In this document: one piece after another, positions 36,777 through 47,820 of the stretch | How the letters are laid out: each line of letters begins with the position of its first letter | How positions within the stretch are numbered: position 1 is the stretch's first letter | DNA from: Squalus acanthias | Lineage: Eukaryota | DNA length: 64,000 nucleotides | Assembly: GCA_030390025.1 (NCBI GenBank) | Contig: CM059432.1 | Span: forward strand, 19,222,001-19,286,000 | Direction of reading: 5' to 3' | Made by a program: the position numbers and the translations under genes | The notes under the pieces: model-generated | Database searches by the model: none | Seen by the model: the letters and a program-made list of their open reading frames with translations, nothing else | What the model was told of the DNA's origin: nothing

Positions 36777-37805
36777 TTCTCTCTCCACGGATGTTGCCTG
36801 GCCTGCTGAGTTTTTCCAGCGTTTTCTGTTGTTGCTGCCTCCTCCTCTCCTATCTCCTATCCTCCACATCTCCCACTGTTTCTCCGAAATGCCTATCCAA
36901 GAGTTTCAGAGCTTCCTTCTCATATGGGGTTTGTGGCTGTAGGTTGTGGGGAGCAGTCCAGCACATTAGTTATCAGTCAGTTTCTCCTACAAGAATAAGG
37001 CTGTATGAAGGCCCTTTGTTTGCCAACACATGGAATCTAACCCAGGTGTCAGTAAGCTTTGCTTAATGGAGGGGGGGGCGGTGGATAACAGGTGTAGGAA
37101 AGGAGCAACTGCATATCATGTGAGCTTCTTACTGCTTGTCTTCATCTTTGGTTGTATTTGAAGGGACACTTGCAGGGTAAGGAAAAGGGGGTGTGAAGAG
37201 TATTTTGGTACCTCATGCACATTGCTGGAAAATTGTAGATGGCATTCAAAACAATAAGGACAAGGTGGTAGAAATGGGAAACATGCTGATTATGCATTGA
37301 TATAATATCAGTGCCTCCTCTTCCCTTGACTGCTCTTGTGAGGTTGTTGAACTTCTTCTGGCACTGCATTGCTGTGGAGGGAATGGTAGAGGTGGCATTG
37401 ACTGCCAATGCCACCTCCTTTCACTGTGCCAGCACCAGTCCTTTAATCTCCATCCCTCTGTTCCAAATATTCAATCCCTCCTTTACCTCATTTGGCGCCT
37501 TATGTTGTATTGTAATATCCTGAGATATGCTTCTTTGCAGCACTTTAGTGTACCTTACTCCCAACTTACTCCCAATTAGGGGCCTGCCCCATTAAGCTGC
37601 TACAGATAGTTAAATATTGAATAGTGCCCAATCTTCTGCTTCTTCCCCCCAGTATTGAGCTCTAATGAGTCCACCCTCAGTATTGTAAAGTTGATCCTAC
37701 AAAATTCAGTGGGGTCATCCCAGAGGGTGAAAGTCCCACCCCAACATGCTTCCAATGAGAACCTCACCATATCGAAAAATCTGTTTTCCTTATAAAGAAA
37801 AACTT

Positions 37806-38070
37806 GAAAGACTTGCAATTATATCGCGCCTTTCACAATTTCAGGACATCCAAAGTGCTTTACAGTCAATGATGTACTTTTTAAAGTGTAGTCACTGTTG
37901 TAATGTAGGAAACGCTGCAGCCAAATTGTGCACAGCAAGATCCCATAAACAGCAATGACAAGATGATCTGTTTTAGTGATGTTGGTTGAGGGATAAAAAT
38001 TGGCCAAGACACCAGCCACAGCCTTCCTGACTCAGAGGCGAGAGTGCTACCAACTGAGCCATGGCTGACA
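37806..38070 (-). mobile_element. DeuSINE-like SINE with internal deletion
   Basis: tRNA A-box head (TGGCTCAGTTGG) at ~38050-38062 joined to the 3' half of the SINE. Confidence 0.75.
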
Positions 38071-38344
38071 CCATGACAGTGACTTGCCGCAGAGTTAAAG
38101 GGATTGCTACCAAGCTAAAACAAGACAAAATGCTTACTTTTTGTCACAGGATAAGTGGAAGGCAAAGGATTTTGAGGCAGTGGTTTCGGAGTTGCTTCCA
38201 ATGTTCTGAAGGGTGTGTGCCGATTATATTCAGGATAAACTGACTTCCATAGCCTGTTAGTAAATTGATGTATATAGGATGAAATTGTAGATGGCAAGTT
38301 TTGCCATTTAGAAGAAACTTACACAGGATGGAGCTGTACATAAT

Positions 38345-39074
38345 GGCCTAGAAATTCCGTTCCCTACGGGTGTGTACGCGCTGTGTACTCACCCGTAGGG
38401 CCAACGGAAGTGCCGGTTTTATGCATGCACTGCGCATGCGCTGGAAACCGGCACTTCCGTTCTCTGCAGTAAGGGCTTGACTGGACAAACGCCTGCGCTG
38501 GATAGGCAGCCCTTACGTTAAAAACTTCTGGTTTTTTCCCACATTGGCTTGAGTCCAGGTAAGTCGGAAACAGCTGTGCTAGAAAAGCAGGCGCAAGGTC
38601 TGCTTTTAGCAGGCTAATAGTTTAATAAAGTAAAAAAAAAAAATTTTTCCACTGATTTATCATTTTAAAATACTTTAAAGAAAGGTAAGTTTATTTTTAG
38701 ACCAGTTAAAAACTTTAATTATTTTTTCAAAAATAAAAATTTATAGTCATTTTAAAATTGTGATATATTTTTTTAATTTATTTGAACTTTTACTTATGTT
38801 TTGGGGCCGATCTCTATTCATAGATTTGACAGGTCTTCCTGTCAAATCTATGAATGGAGATTCCCTGCTCTGATTGGCTCCCCATGGCCCACGTGATCCC
38901 AGGGACGCTGTGAACTAGCTGTGCCCCTGGGATACGTGTGCCCTGCACACCGGCAGATTGAAGAGGCACAGCAACGGAAGTGTGCGCGTCCCGGGAGCCC
39001 TCCGGTCTAGGCGCAGATTTTTCCGAATCGCAGCCCTCCGCCAGTGGGAGGGCTGCGAACGGAATTTCTGGGCG
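38345..39074. mobile_element. MITE with ~17-bp TIRs and AT-rich centre
   Basis: GGCCTAGAAATTCCGTTC...GAACGGAATTTCTGGGC; internal palindromes. Confidence 0.75.
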
Positions 39075-39707
39075 ATTAGGATGAAGAAGAATACTGTTAG
39101 TGCAAATCACAAAAATAGTAAATTTGGGTAATTTAAACTAAGTTTTTTTTGGGAGGGATAATACTTTGATGAACATTGACGCCTCATGACAAGGAAAGTT
39201 TAAAAAACAAAATTCATGAAAACTATGATTTAAAATAACTAAGTCGATTACTTCAGAACAAGGTACAGGATTGTCATCTAATCATCCACACCACATATTT
39301 GTTGCACCTACAGCCTGCCTGTAAATTAGGGAACTATTGGCACTATTTGCATGCCAGATAAATGCTTCCCTACGGTCTTTATTATTGCATGGAAATTGGC
39401 TGCTTCTGCCACTCTTTCCGCTCATCCTAATGAGTTGGTTTTCCTTCCTCCTAAAGATATTTTAGGAACAGCAATATTTCAGTTTACTGGCAGTGCTCAT
39501 TCATCATGTGGGCACCAAACTATCAGATATACAGAAGCCAAAATTTGAAGATTTCAGCCAGTGCATTTCTGTACTCCAGAAAGGTTAAGATCAACACCCC
39601 AGGCTCACCAAGTTTGTCCAAATGAATCACTGAGCCATTATAACAGCGGATCCTGCATTCCAAAAGGTAATGCATTATGTGAAGCGCTTTGAGACATTTC
39701 AACACAA

Positions 39708-40395
39708 TGGGCCGAAAATTGATCCGGGTGCGCGAGAGTACGCACTGCGTACTCTCGCGTATTCCCACTCCAATTGCCGGTTTTCTGCATGCCCTGCGCA
39801 TGCGCTGAAAACCGGCAATTGCTCTTCTGAAAAGGGGGCGGGTCCTGGGTGCATCGCGTGTGCGCTACAGGCTGCGCGCACGCTGTGCACTTCATGCTTT
39901 GGACGCGCAAGTAAGTAGGGAAGATTTTGGAAATGTAAAAAGGAGGAGTAAGACCCGCTTTTAAGAAGGTAAGTAGTGAATTAAGTATTTTTTTGAATTT
40001 TTTTTTACAGGTATATCTTTTTTAGAGACTTTAAAGACAGGTAAGTTTATTTTTATAACTTTTTAAAAGATTTTAAATTTTTTCAAAAATTTAATTTTTT
40101 ATTTAAAATGGTTAATTTAATTAACTATACTTATTTTATTAATGTGATGTTTTTTTTTTAATTTAATTGAGGTTTAGCTGTTATTTTGGGGGGGTGTAAG
40201 ATTCATAGATTTCACAGCAGGTCTGTGAAACTTATGAATGGAAGATGGTGTGCTGCCATTGGCTCTGAGTCACGTGATCCCACAGCTCGCACGAATTCAC
40301 TACGCCGCTGGGATACGGAAGGTCGAATCCAGTTTGAGGGTGGGGCCTCATTAACATGCTGCCGGCGAGCTGCATATTCTGAACACGTGTCCCGC
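39708..40395. mobile_element. Related MITE (same internal layout as 38345-39074)
   Basis: Shared CTGCGCATGCGCTG(G/A)AAACCGG, AGGTAAGTTTATTTTTA, hairpin and CACGTGATCCC motifs. Confidence 0.6.
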
Positions 40396-40399
40396 TGCA

Positions 40400-40828
40400 G
40401 CTGGCCAGCGTAATATTGGGTGGGCCAGAGGCTGGGGTGGGGGGGGAGGCTGATTATGGGGGTGGGTGAGGTACGAGTCTGGGATGGCAGCAGCCCACAT
40501 TATTTTAGTGGAGCCTCAGGAACACTCCTGCTCATTCTGACTCCAGAAAAATAACTTTATACTTACCTTTCTGGGGCCTCTTCCTCTTGACCGCCAGATT
40601 TTATTGAACAAGTGTCTGCCATGCAGACTCTGCCAGCAGGCCCTCAAAACCGCATCTGGGTTCTATGTATGTCGTAGGACCCCAATATGCACAGACTGAT
40701 GAGGCTCCCGCCTGATTCAGGTGGGCATATGGCGGTGGAGCGGAAGTTGGCTGATAACTCGATCACCTTGATTTTAACTCCGCTACTGCCCTCATTTCCA
40801 TTGCGTGGTGGGAGTTAAAATCGCTCCT
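40400..40828. mobile_element. Harbinger-type MITE fragment
   Basis: Homologous to 22600-22910; ends GTTAAAATCGCTCC. Confidence 0.55.
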
Positions 40829-41115
40829 GCAGTGTCGAGACTTAGGCCGCGAATTTAATTGAGGAGGCGGCTTGGAGTCGGGTTGCCTGGTGGGTGGGGT
40901 CCGGACCCGCTGCCGGCTTCATCCGCTCCCGAGTTGAAATTTTAATTTAATTGGACCCTTAAGTGCCGTGGTGCGCGTTGGCCGGTCCAATGACTGGGAT
41001 CAGGTCTGTTAGTCGCCTCTGATGATGTCATTAGTGCAGATGTTTTTAAGGGTTCCATGCAGCCTCAGCCTTTCATTTCTTGTTTCTGCTGGTGTCTGAA
41101 TGTGGCAAGGCCACA

Positions 41116-43021
41116 ATGAGTGTTTCCAAACCGAAATCTGCTCCACGCTTCAATGAGGACTCCCTCCAAACTCTTGTGGATGCTGTCAGAGGGCGCAGGG
41201 AGTTTCTGTTCCCTCCCGATGGCCGGAGGAAGCCTCCTCAGCAAACCAAGGCAGCCTGGCTGCCCATTGCTGAGGAGGTCAGCGCAAGGTCCATTTGTTC
41301 ACGCACCTGGATCCAGTGCCAGAAATGGATTAATGATCTTCTGTGATCAGCAAAAGTGAGTATCACATCACACTTACCTTCACTCTGCTTCCCTTCTCTT
41401 CTCATTACCAGCACTCTGCTTTGTAAGCCTGCTCCTCCACATCCCACCTTACCCTTACTTACCTTGCACCCTAACCTATCCATCTCTCTCTCTGTACTGA
41501 ATCACCTCACCATCTTGCTATGCAGCCCTCACACTCGCTCTCACTGTTATGCAATGACACCAACTAAGAACGCACAGGGAGCTAGCTTCCTCTTGGCAGC
41601 TCACTCCATCTTCGTCTCCCTCAAAGCTTCTATGTTATGGATTCTTCACAATCACTGCATCGCTCTCGCTCAAACTCCACTTGTGTCCCTCCTTGCAGGA
41701 AAAGATAGCCCACAATAAGAGGAAGAGAGCACAGACAGGAGGAGGCACACCATCCCTCGCTACATTGACAAGTGCTGAGGAGGCTGCACACGAGATCGAT
41801 GGAGGTGGCGAGGAGCTGGAAGTGAGGGACAGAGAGATGGGCGCACTAGACGAAGCTGGTGACCGAATAGAGTTTCATCCCACTCATTTAGATTTAATGA
41901 TTGACTGCAATGGCATATGATGTTCATGAAGATTTGCTTTGTATCATCTGCACAAAAGGATGTGTCTGCTACATAAAAATCAGATGTCTAACTCATGCCT
42001 TTACTCTCCCACAGGACCATCGAGCGCCCCCGTCCCCACTGTCCAGGAGGAAGAGCCAGATGACTCCTCAGAGGAGCCTGCAGCCTCTGAGGGAGCAGCA
42101 TCACCAGGACTCAGCACCAGCGCAGATACGCACACCTCGGCGGGGCCCTCACGATTTAGAGTAGTGTTGTCACCTGGTGTATCACAGCTCACAAGTGAGA
42201 ATCAGCAAATGGTGGAGACAGCGACAGTAGTGGAGAGTCCTCGTCGGAGGTCACAGGACTCTCCTAGCTCTGCTCAGCTGCATTTAGACTGTGCCTCTGG
42301 GGCCATCCAGAAAGAGAGCAGTTCTGGAACTCCAGGAACAAGTGCAGGAGTCTCTGACAGGGTTTGCATCCATGGTAACTGTGAGTGTACAGAGAATGGA
42401 GGAGTCCATCTCTAACATGAGCACTGAATTTGTGGCGGCAATGGCGCATGAATGTTCCGCCATGGAGAGGGTGGCAACCGCCATGGAGGACATAAGTCGC
42501 TAGGCTAACGAAAACATGGTGACTCTTCAAAATAGATTGTCTGCTATGGAGGAGAGATGGGCATCTATAGAGGAGAGACACCAGAGCTTCATGGACGTCC
42601 TTGTTATGAGGACTGCTAGTACAGATACGGGTCCTCATGGCCCCCCCGATCTGCAGCAAGGTGCTCTCCAGCCACTTGCTAGCACTGAAATGCGGCTGAC
42701 CCATGAGAGGGATGTTGGTGGCAGGCAACAAGGAAGTGTGGGCTCCTCTCCAAGCGCTCACACGACCATGCCACTGCAAAGCCCTCGCTCACAGACCCAC
42801 ATTGCACACCCACTGAAATGGCCGTCTCAGCCCCTTCACAGCCGCAGGAAGAGCAGACTGTTGCAGAGCCTTCCCAGGCTCCCAAACCCAGAGGACGCCC
42901 GCCAAAGGCGTCTAAGCAGGCGCAGCATCAAAGTCAGCAAGGTGCCTCTACATCTGCTGAAGCCACAGGGGAAGCATCACGTAGAAGCATGCGTAAGAGG
43001 AAGATAAAGCACATATGGTAG
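41116..43021 (+). pseudogene. Harbinger Myb/SANT-like gene, exons 41116-41355, 41699-41858, 42015-43021
   Basis: APRFNEDSLQTLVDAV...AW..IAEEV...RTWIQCQKWINDL; GT-AG introns; stops at 41344 and 42501 plus frameshifts; basic C-terminus RKRK. Confidence 0.85.
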
Positions 43022-43044
43022 CCACCTGTGGTTGAAGAGTAAGC

Positions 43045-44293
43045 TTACGCGAATCTGGCATGGATGAGTGCATCACTTACGCGACGGCCAGCAATGAGCT
43101 CGAGGGCTGCTGCATTGGTCACATCCGGACCCGCAAGGCATGCCTCCACCTCGTCCTTCTCATCCTCCTTCTCCTCCTCCTCCTCTTCTTCTGAGGATGC
43201 TCTGCGCTGAGCCACTTGTTCCTCAGGCAGCGGTAAGCCACGCTGCTGTGCGATGTTGTGCAGGGCACAGCAGATGACGATGATTCTGGACACCGTGGCT
43301 GGTGCATACTGCAGGGCTCCACCAGATCTGTCAAGGCATCCAAATCACATTTTGAAAGAGCCGATGGTTTGCTCTATGATACTTCTGGTGGAAAAGTGGC
43401 TCACATAGTACCGCTCCTCAGTCTCGTTTGATGGCCTCCTCATTGGTGTCATGAGCCACTTTTTCAGGGGGATAGCCCTTGTCGCCAAGTAGCTATCCGG
43501 AAAGTTGGGCTGGCGGATTGAAGAGCTAAGGCACAGTAGACTGGCGCAGGATGAAGGAGTCATGGCAACTGCCAGGGTACTTGGCGCAAACATGCTTGAT
43601 GATGTTCCTATGGTTACACACCAGCTGGACGTGAAGGGAGTGGAAGCCCTTGTCGTTCACAAAATCAGCTGGGTTGTGATGGGGTGCCCTAATGGCCACA
43701 TGTGTGCAGTCTACGACGCCCTGCATCCTTGGGAAGTCTGCCACATTTGCAAAGCCAACCACGCGCGCGGTTACACTTGCTTCATCCGTGGAGAAGTGGA
43801 TGTAATTGGGCGCCTTTGCAAAGAGGGCATCAGTGGCCTGCGTGATGCAGGTGTCTGTGGCCGACTGAGAGATGCCGCTGATGTCTGCTGATGATCCCTG
43901 GAAGGAGCCTGAAGCAAAGAAGTTGAGTGCGGTGGTGACTTTAACAGCCACTGGTAAGGAGTGTCCACCCGCTCCTCTGGGCTCCAGGTGTTGGTGCAGC
44001 ATTGTGCAGATGTCAGCGACAACCTCTCGCAGAAGTCTCAACCTCCTTTGGCACTGCTGCTCACTCATGTTGAGGAAGCTTATCCTCTGCCTGTAAACCA
44101 TGTGTTGGGGGTATCTCTTGCGGCGAGGTGCAGGCCTGCGCTGATACCTTCTGCCCTGTGCAGCATCAGGTGACTGAGGAGAAGGTTGGCGCTCCTGCTG
44201 TTGGTGCTGCTGCTGTGCCTGGTTGCGCTGCTGCCGTGGCTGCTCTTCCTCAGAATCTGACGACCAGGATGAGAGGATATAAATGGTTCCCAT
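43045..44293 (-). pseudogene. Harbinger DDE transposase (HARBI1-like family), frameshifted
   Basis: [62 protein letters not shown]. Confidence 0.9.
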
Positions 44294-45454
44294 GGTATTT
44301 ATCTCAGACGAGGAATGGAGGTTGTGTGCGCTCATTCAAAGTGGCCAGAGGGTCTTCCAAGGAGGTCACACAGCAGATGGATTTCAGACTCAACACTCAC
44401 AAGGTTATTTGAGCTGCAAAATGTCTCCCAAACCTCAAGCCACTAAGTTGTGGCATCTGAAAGAATGAGAGATTGCAGGACCGCTTTTAAGCTGCTTCAG
44501 CAGCTGCCAATAATTTAGGTCCTCGCTCAACCCGGCTTGATTCACCTGGCGTGTTTTTATGAAGGCGAGCAGCATGTTGAAAAACCTCCATTATCTGATC
44601 AGCCCTTTAAAATAGGATTATCCGTCCTGTTAACTGCCTTAACAACCTGTCCCGCCGTTTGGTGTCGGGTCAGTTCGGGAGCGGCTGACCCGACACTTCC
44701 CAAAGCTGCGTGGAGGCGGGATGGAGGCAGGTTCGCAGCCCGCCCCCAATTTCTCCGATTTTCGCTACAGACCCGCCTCCAAACCCGCCCCCGCCCCCCT
44801 CAGTGCAATTAAATCCGCGGCCTTAATGACCACTGGAATGAGGTAGCAGAAAGTGACTGGTACCACTAGATCTGTACCCCAGCAAAGAGACAATAGAGGT
44901 GAGGGGGGGAAAAAAATCAGCGGGAAACAGAGAACAAGAAATAATAATTTACGGCAACAAATTTAATGACTGGATCATATATTGGGTAAGAATGCTGCTG
45001 TTTTGTTGCTTTATTGTTGTTTCATCTCTTTACTCTGGCTCTGAAAATACCGCAAATAGGTTGAAAATATTTTCTCTTTGCTGCGTTAAAGTTTATAATG
45101 ACAATTCATTTGGGTGCATTTGGCCCAGTTTCTTACAGGGTATGTACAAAACTGCTCATAATTTGTTACTAATTCTGTAGTCTCAGTTGGAGTAGATCAT
45201 TAGGCTGGCTGGTGTGGAAAAAGGAAATATGACAGAAATGCAATCGGGACCGAAAGGAAAAAAACTGCAAACATAGGAAATCAGAAATGAAAATGCAAAA
45301 TGCTGGAAATACATTGCAGCTCCGTCAGTACCTGAAAGAGAGAATGCAGCTTGACAACACTAAAGTTAATAACGGTTACATTTTCTTTTAAAGATGCTAA
45401 GACTAACTATAAGAGAACATTCATGTGGAAAAGTGTTTGTTTTCTACACCTTCC

Positions 45455-47139
45455 TGTAAGGGGTTTTGTCGTGCTTGTATCGCAGACGGTGCTGGTGCGA
45501 GGTTAGGCCTTCGTTGCCTAATACTATTGCTTGCTCTGGTCTCCGGCCAGCCTTGTTGCAATAAGCACCTGTGAGTGGTTCGACCCACTCGCCCTTACGA
45601 TTCTAACACTGGACTTAGGTGCAGGGAGCAGTAATGCAGAGAAAAACTCAAAATAGACCCGGTTGAATAGTACGAAATGGAAATCTTTATTGCATAGCGT
45701 CCAAGATCATGAAGTACATGTCATAGGTGCAAATTAACGAGAGTACAAGTATACATACATTCATAAAGCTTGGTCTATGGTAATGAAGAACGCACGGCAC
45801 ATCGTAAAAAGGGGAACACATTATACTTTATCCTTAATAAAACCACCCTCCCCTATCAATACCTACATTACATCTAGATTTGTAGGATCGGGAAACATGC
45901 TCACCACTCGTGATACTTCGGAGAATTTTAAAGTGAGGCACTCGGCTCGTTTCGCTGCAGCGCCTGACTGTCACGTGTTTGGAGGGGTCTCTGTACCCCA
46001 CTTGTTTATTTTCACTGCTGCGACAAGCAGGCTGGGCTCCCCGTTGTCATGAAGAACTCGACAGCACTCGGGCCCGGCTGTAGAACTCAAAGAAAAGTCT
46101 TCCTGTACCGACACCAGTTGCCGGTAGAATTCAAAGAAGAGTCTTTGACCGGTTCGTGCAGTAACCTGTAGAGTTCAAGAAATGGGTAGTATATTTTCGG
46201 GCGTGGTCGGGGTTTACTGACCGCGGCGGCACGTGGATTCTTCTTCTTCTCTTGTCATTTCGTCTCGTCTTGTTGGGCCTTTGGGTCCAAACACCGTTTA
46301 CCGACTGTCGGGATGGTGCACCCGGTCACTGGCCTTCGTCAGGGCGACTCGTTCCAATTGAGCTCCACCCAACATTCGAATAACCGTCCAGTGCGGCTAA
46401 AAGTCCAGAGGCAACAGAGTCCAGAGAAAACACAGAAGGCTGCTCGTCCAGCAGAGTTCAGCCCGAGTCAAGAGTCCGCAGAGATAAGAGCACGAATCAA
46501 GCGAATAAGAGAGCGATGGACATTTGTTGTCTATAGTTATAGTGCTGTGTCCCCTTATCTCCTGCTCAAATCTTAATGTTTGTCCTTTGTGAAATATTGG
46601 CGCTCAAAACTCCCAGCATGGGGCGATTCTTGTCTTTAGTGGGTTTCGGTAGCACCTGAAACTGGCCAACTACCCGTTAATGTTTTCCCCATTGTTGAAC
46701 CGGCTAGGAGCCTCCCTGGCTGGGTTACGGGGGCCCCCGAATACTTGTTTAATCACCCGAGAATGGCTCTCTCATTGTAGAGCCGTGGGGGTATTTGTGT
46801 ATTGATGTGTCTGAATGGGCCTTCGATTGCCCAGTACAATGGTCCTTACTTGTGCATGGAAAACGATTCCAGCACTCATATCTTTTGCTATTGTTTCGAA
46901 TGCAAACAGGTTGCATCCTGTCTATATCAGTGCTTATCGAGTCTTATATTGAAATGTATATTCGAACGCCATCTTGTCTGCCCACTGTAATTCTGGAAGC
47001 TTCTGCCACGATGCTCGGCGGCCATTTTACAGGCTTCTGTGTCCTTTTTAATCATGACAGCATTTCGTTTAAATAAACTGATCAACCGAATCTGCTTCTA
47101 TCTTGTTATTTCGAATCGCGATAATTGCGAAACTTTACA
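45455..47139 (-). mobile_element. Solo LTR (family B), 1685 bp, CpG-rich
   Basis: TGTAA...TTACA termini; 4-bp TSD TTCC (45451-45454 and 47140-47143); AATAAA on the minus strand at 45686-45691. Strand is tentative. Confidence 0.72.
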
Positions 47140-47596
47140 TTCCTTCTGCTGTAAGACAAGGTGCATAATTAGGTCATGTGGCAGATCCTTATATGTACAT
47201 ATAATCTAGGTGAGCAATGGCAAATACTAAAAATGTGTTTTAAATGAATTAGCCATATTTGTCAGGAAAGAGGGTTTAAGGCCTGAAATTCCTCCTTATA
47301 AAAAAAAGTGGGAGAATGTCACACCAGCACTAACCAAGTTGCAAGAACACATGTGTTTGGAAGGGTGCGATTTCTAAGAATGCAATTTTTAGTTGGGCTG
47401 TTAATCATAGAGAAAACAGGCATTCTCTTGCTTTAAGGAAGCATTTTACATCCCAGGTGGCAATGTGAATAAATCTATGACACCATCTACCTAAAAACTT
47501 GGCTTCAATTAAAAAGGCAAATAAGGTACTGGAAAGCATTAGCAAAGGAATAGGGTACAAAATTGCAAGAAGTTGTATTGTCGCTGTATATGACAT

Positions 47597-47820
47597 ACCC
47601 CTCGAACCTGCTCCGCCATTCAATAAGATCATGGCTGATCTGATCTTGGCCTCAACTCCACTTCCCTGCCCGCTCCCCATAACCCTTGACTCCCTTATCG
47701 TTCAAAAATCTGTCTATCTCCACCTTAAATATATTCAATGGCTCAGCCTCCATAGCTCTCTGGGGAAGAGAATTCCAAAGATTCACGACCCTCTGAGAGA
47801 AGAAATTCCTCCTCATTACT
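47597..47820 (-). mobile_element. CR1 3' fragment (inside an older plus-strand CR1 remnant, ~47500-47900)
   Basis: CCTGCTCCGCCATTCAATAAGATCATGGCTGATC; matches 15937-15975 and 33120-33300. Confidence 0.75.

Larger units (their letters stand above)
33295..36834 (+). mobile_element. Penelope-like retroelement (Neptune-type) with ~350-bp direct repeats (pLTRs 33295-33644 and 36483-36834)
   Basis: Near-identical direct repeats flank an RT plus GIY-YIG coding region. Confidence 0.9.
40845..44822. mobile_element. Complete PIF/Harbinger transposon (3978 bp), decayed
   Basis: TIR GGCCGCG(A/G)ATTTAATTG 16/17; TSD TTA (40842-40844 and 44823-44825); convergent Myb and transposase genes. Confidence 0.95.

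Noticed and set aside
39527..39583. Possible small host exon (AG...AAAG/GTTAAG); similar candidate at ~18228-18304
   Set aside because: Weak splice context and no recognisable peptide; unsupported without transcript data.
43045..44293. Host gene HARBI1
   Set aside because: Frameshifted, multi-copy, and inside TIRs with a TSD; a transposon copy rather than the domesticated gene.
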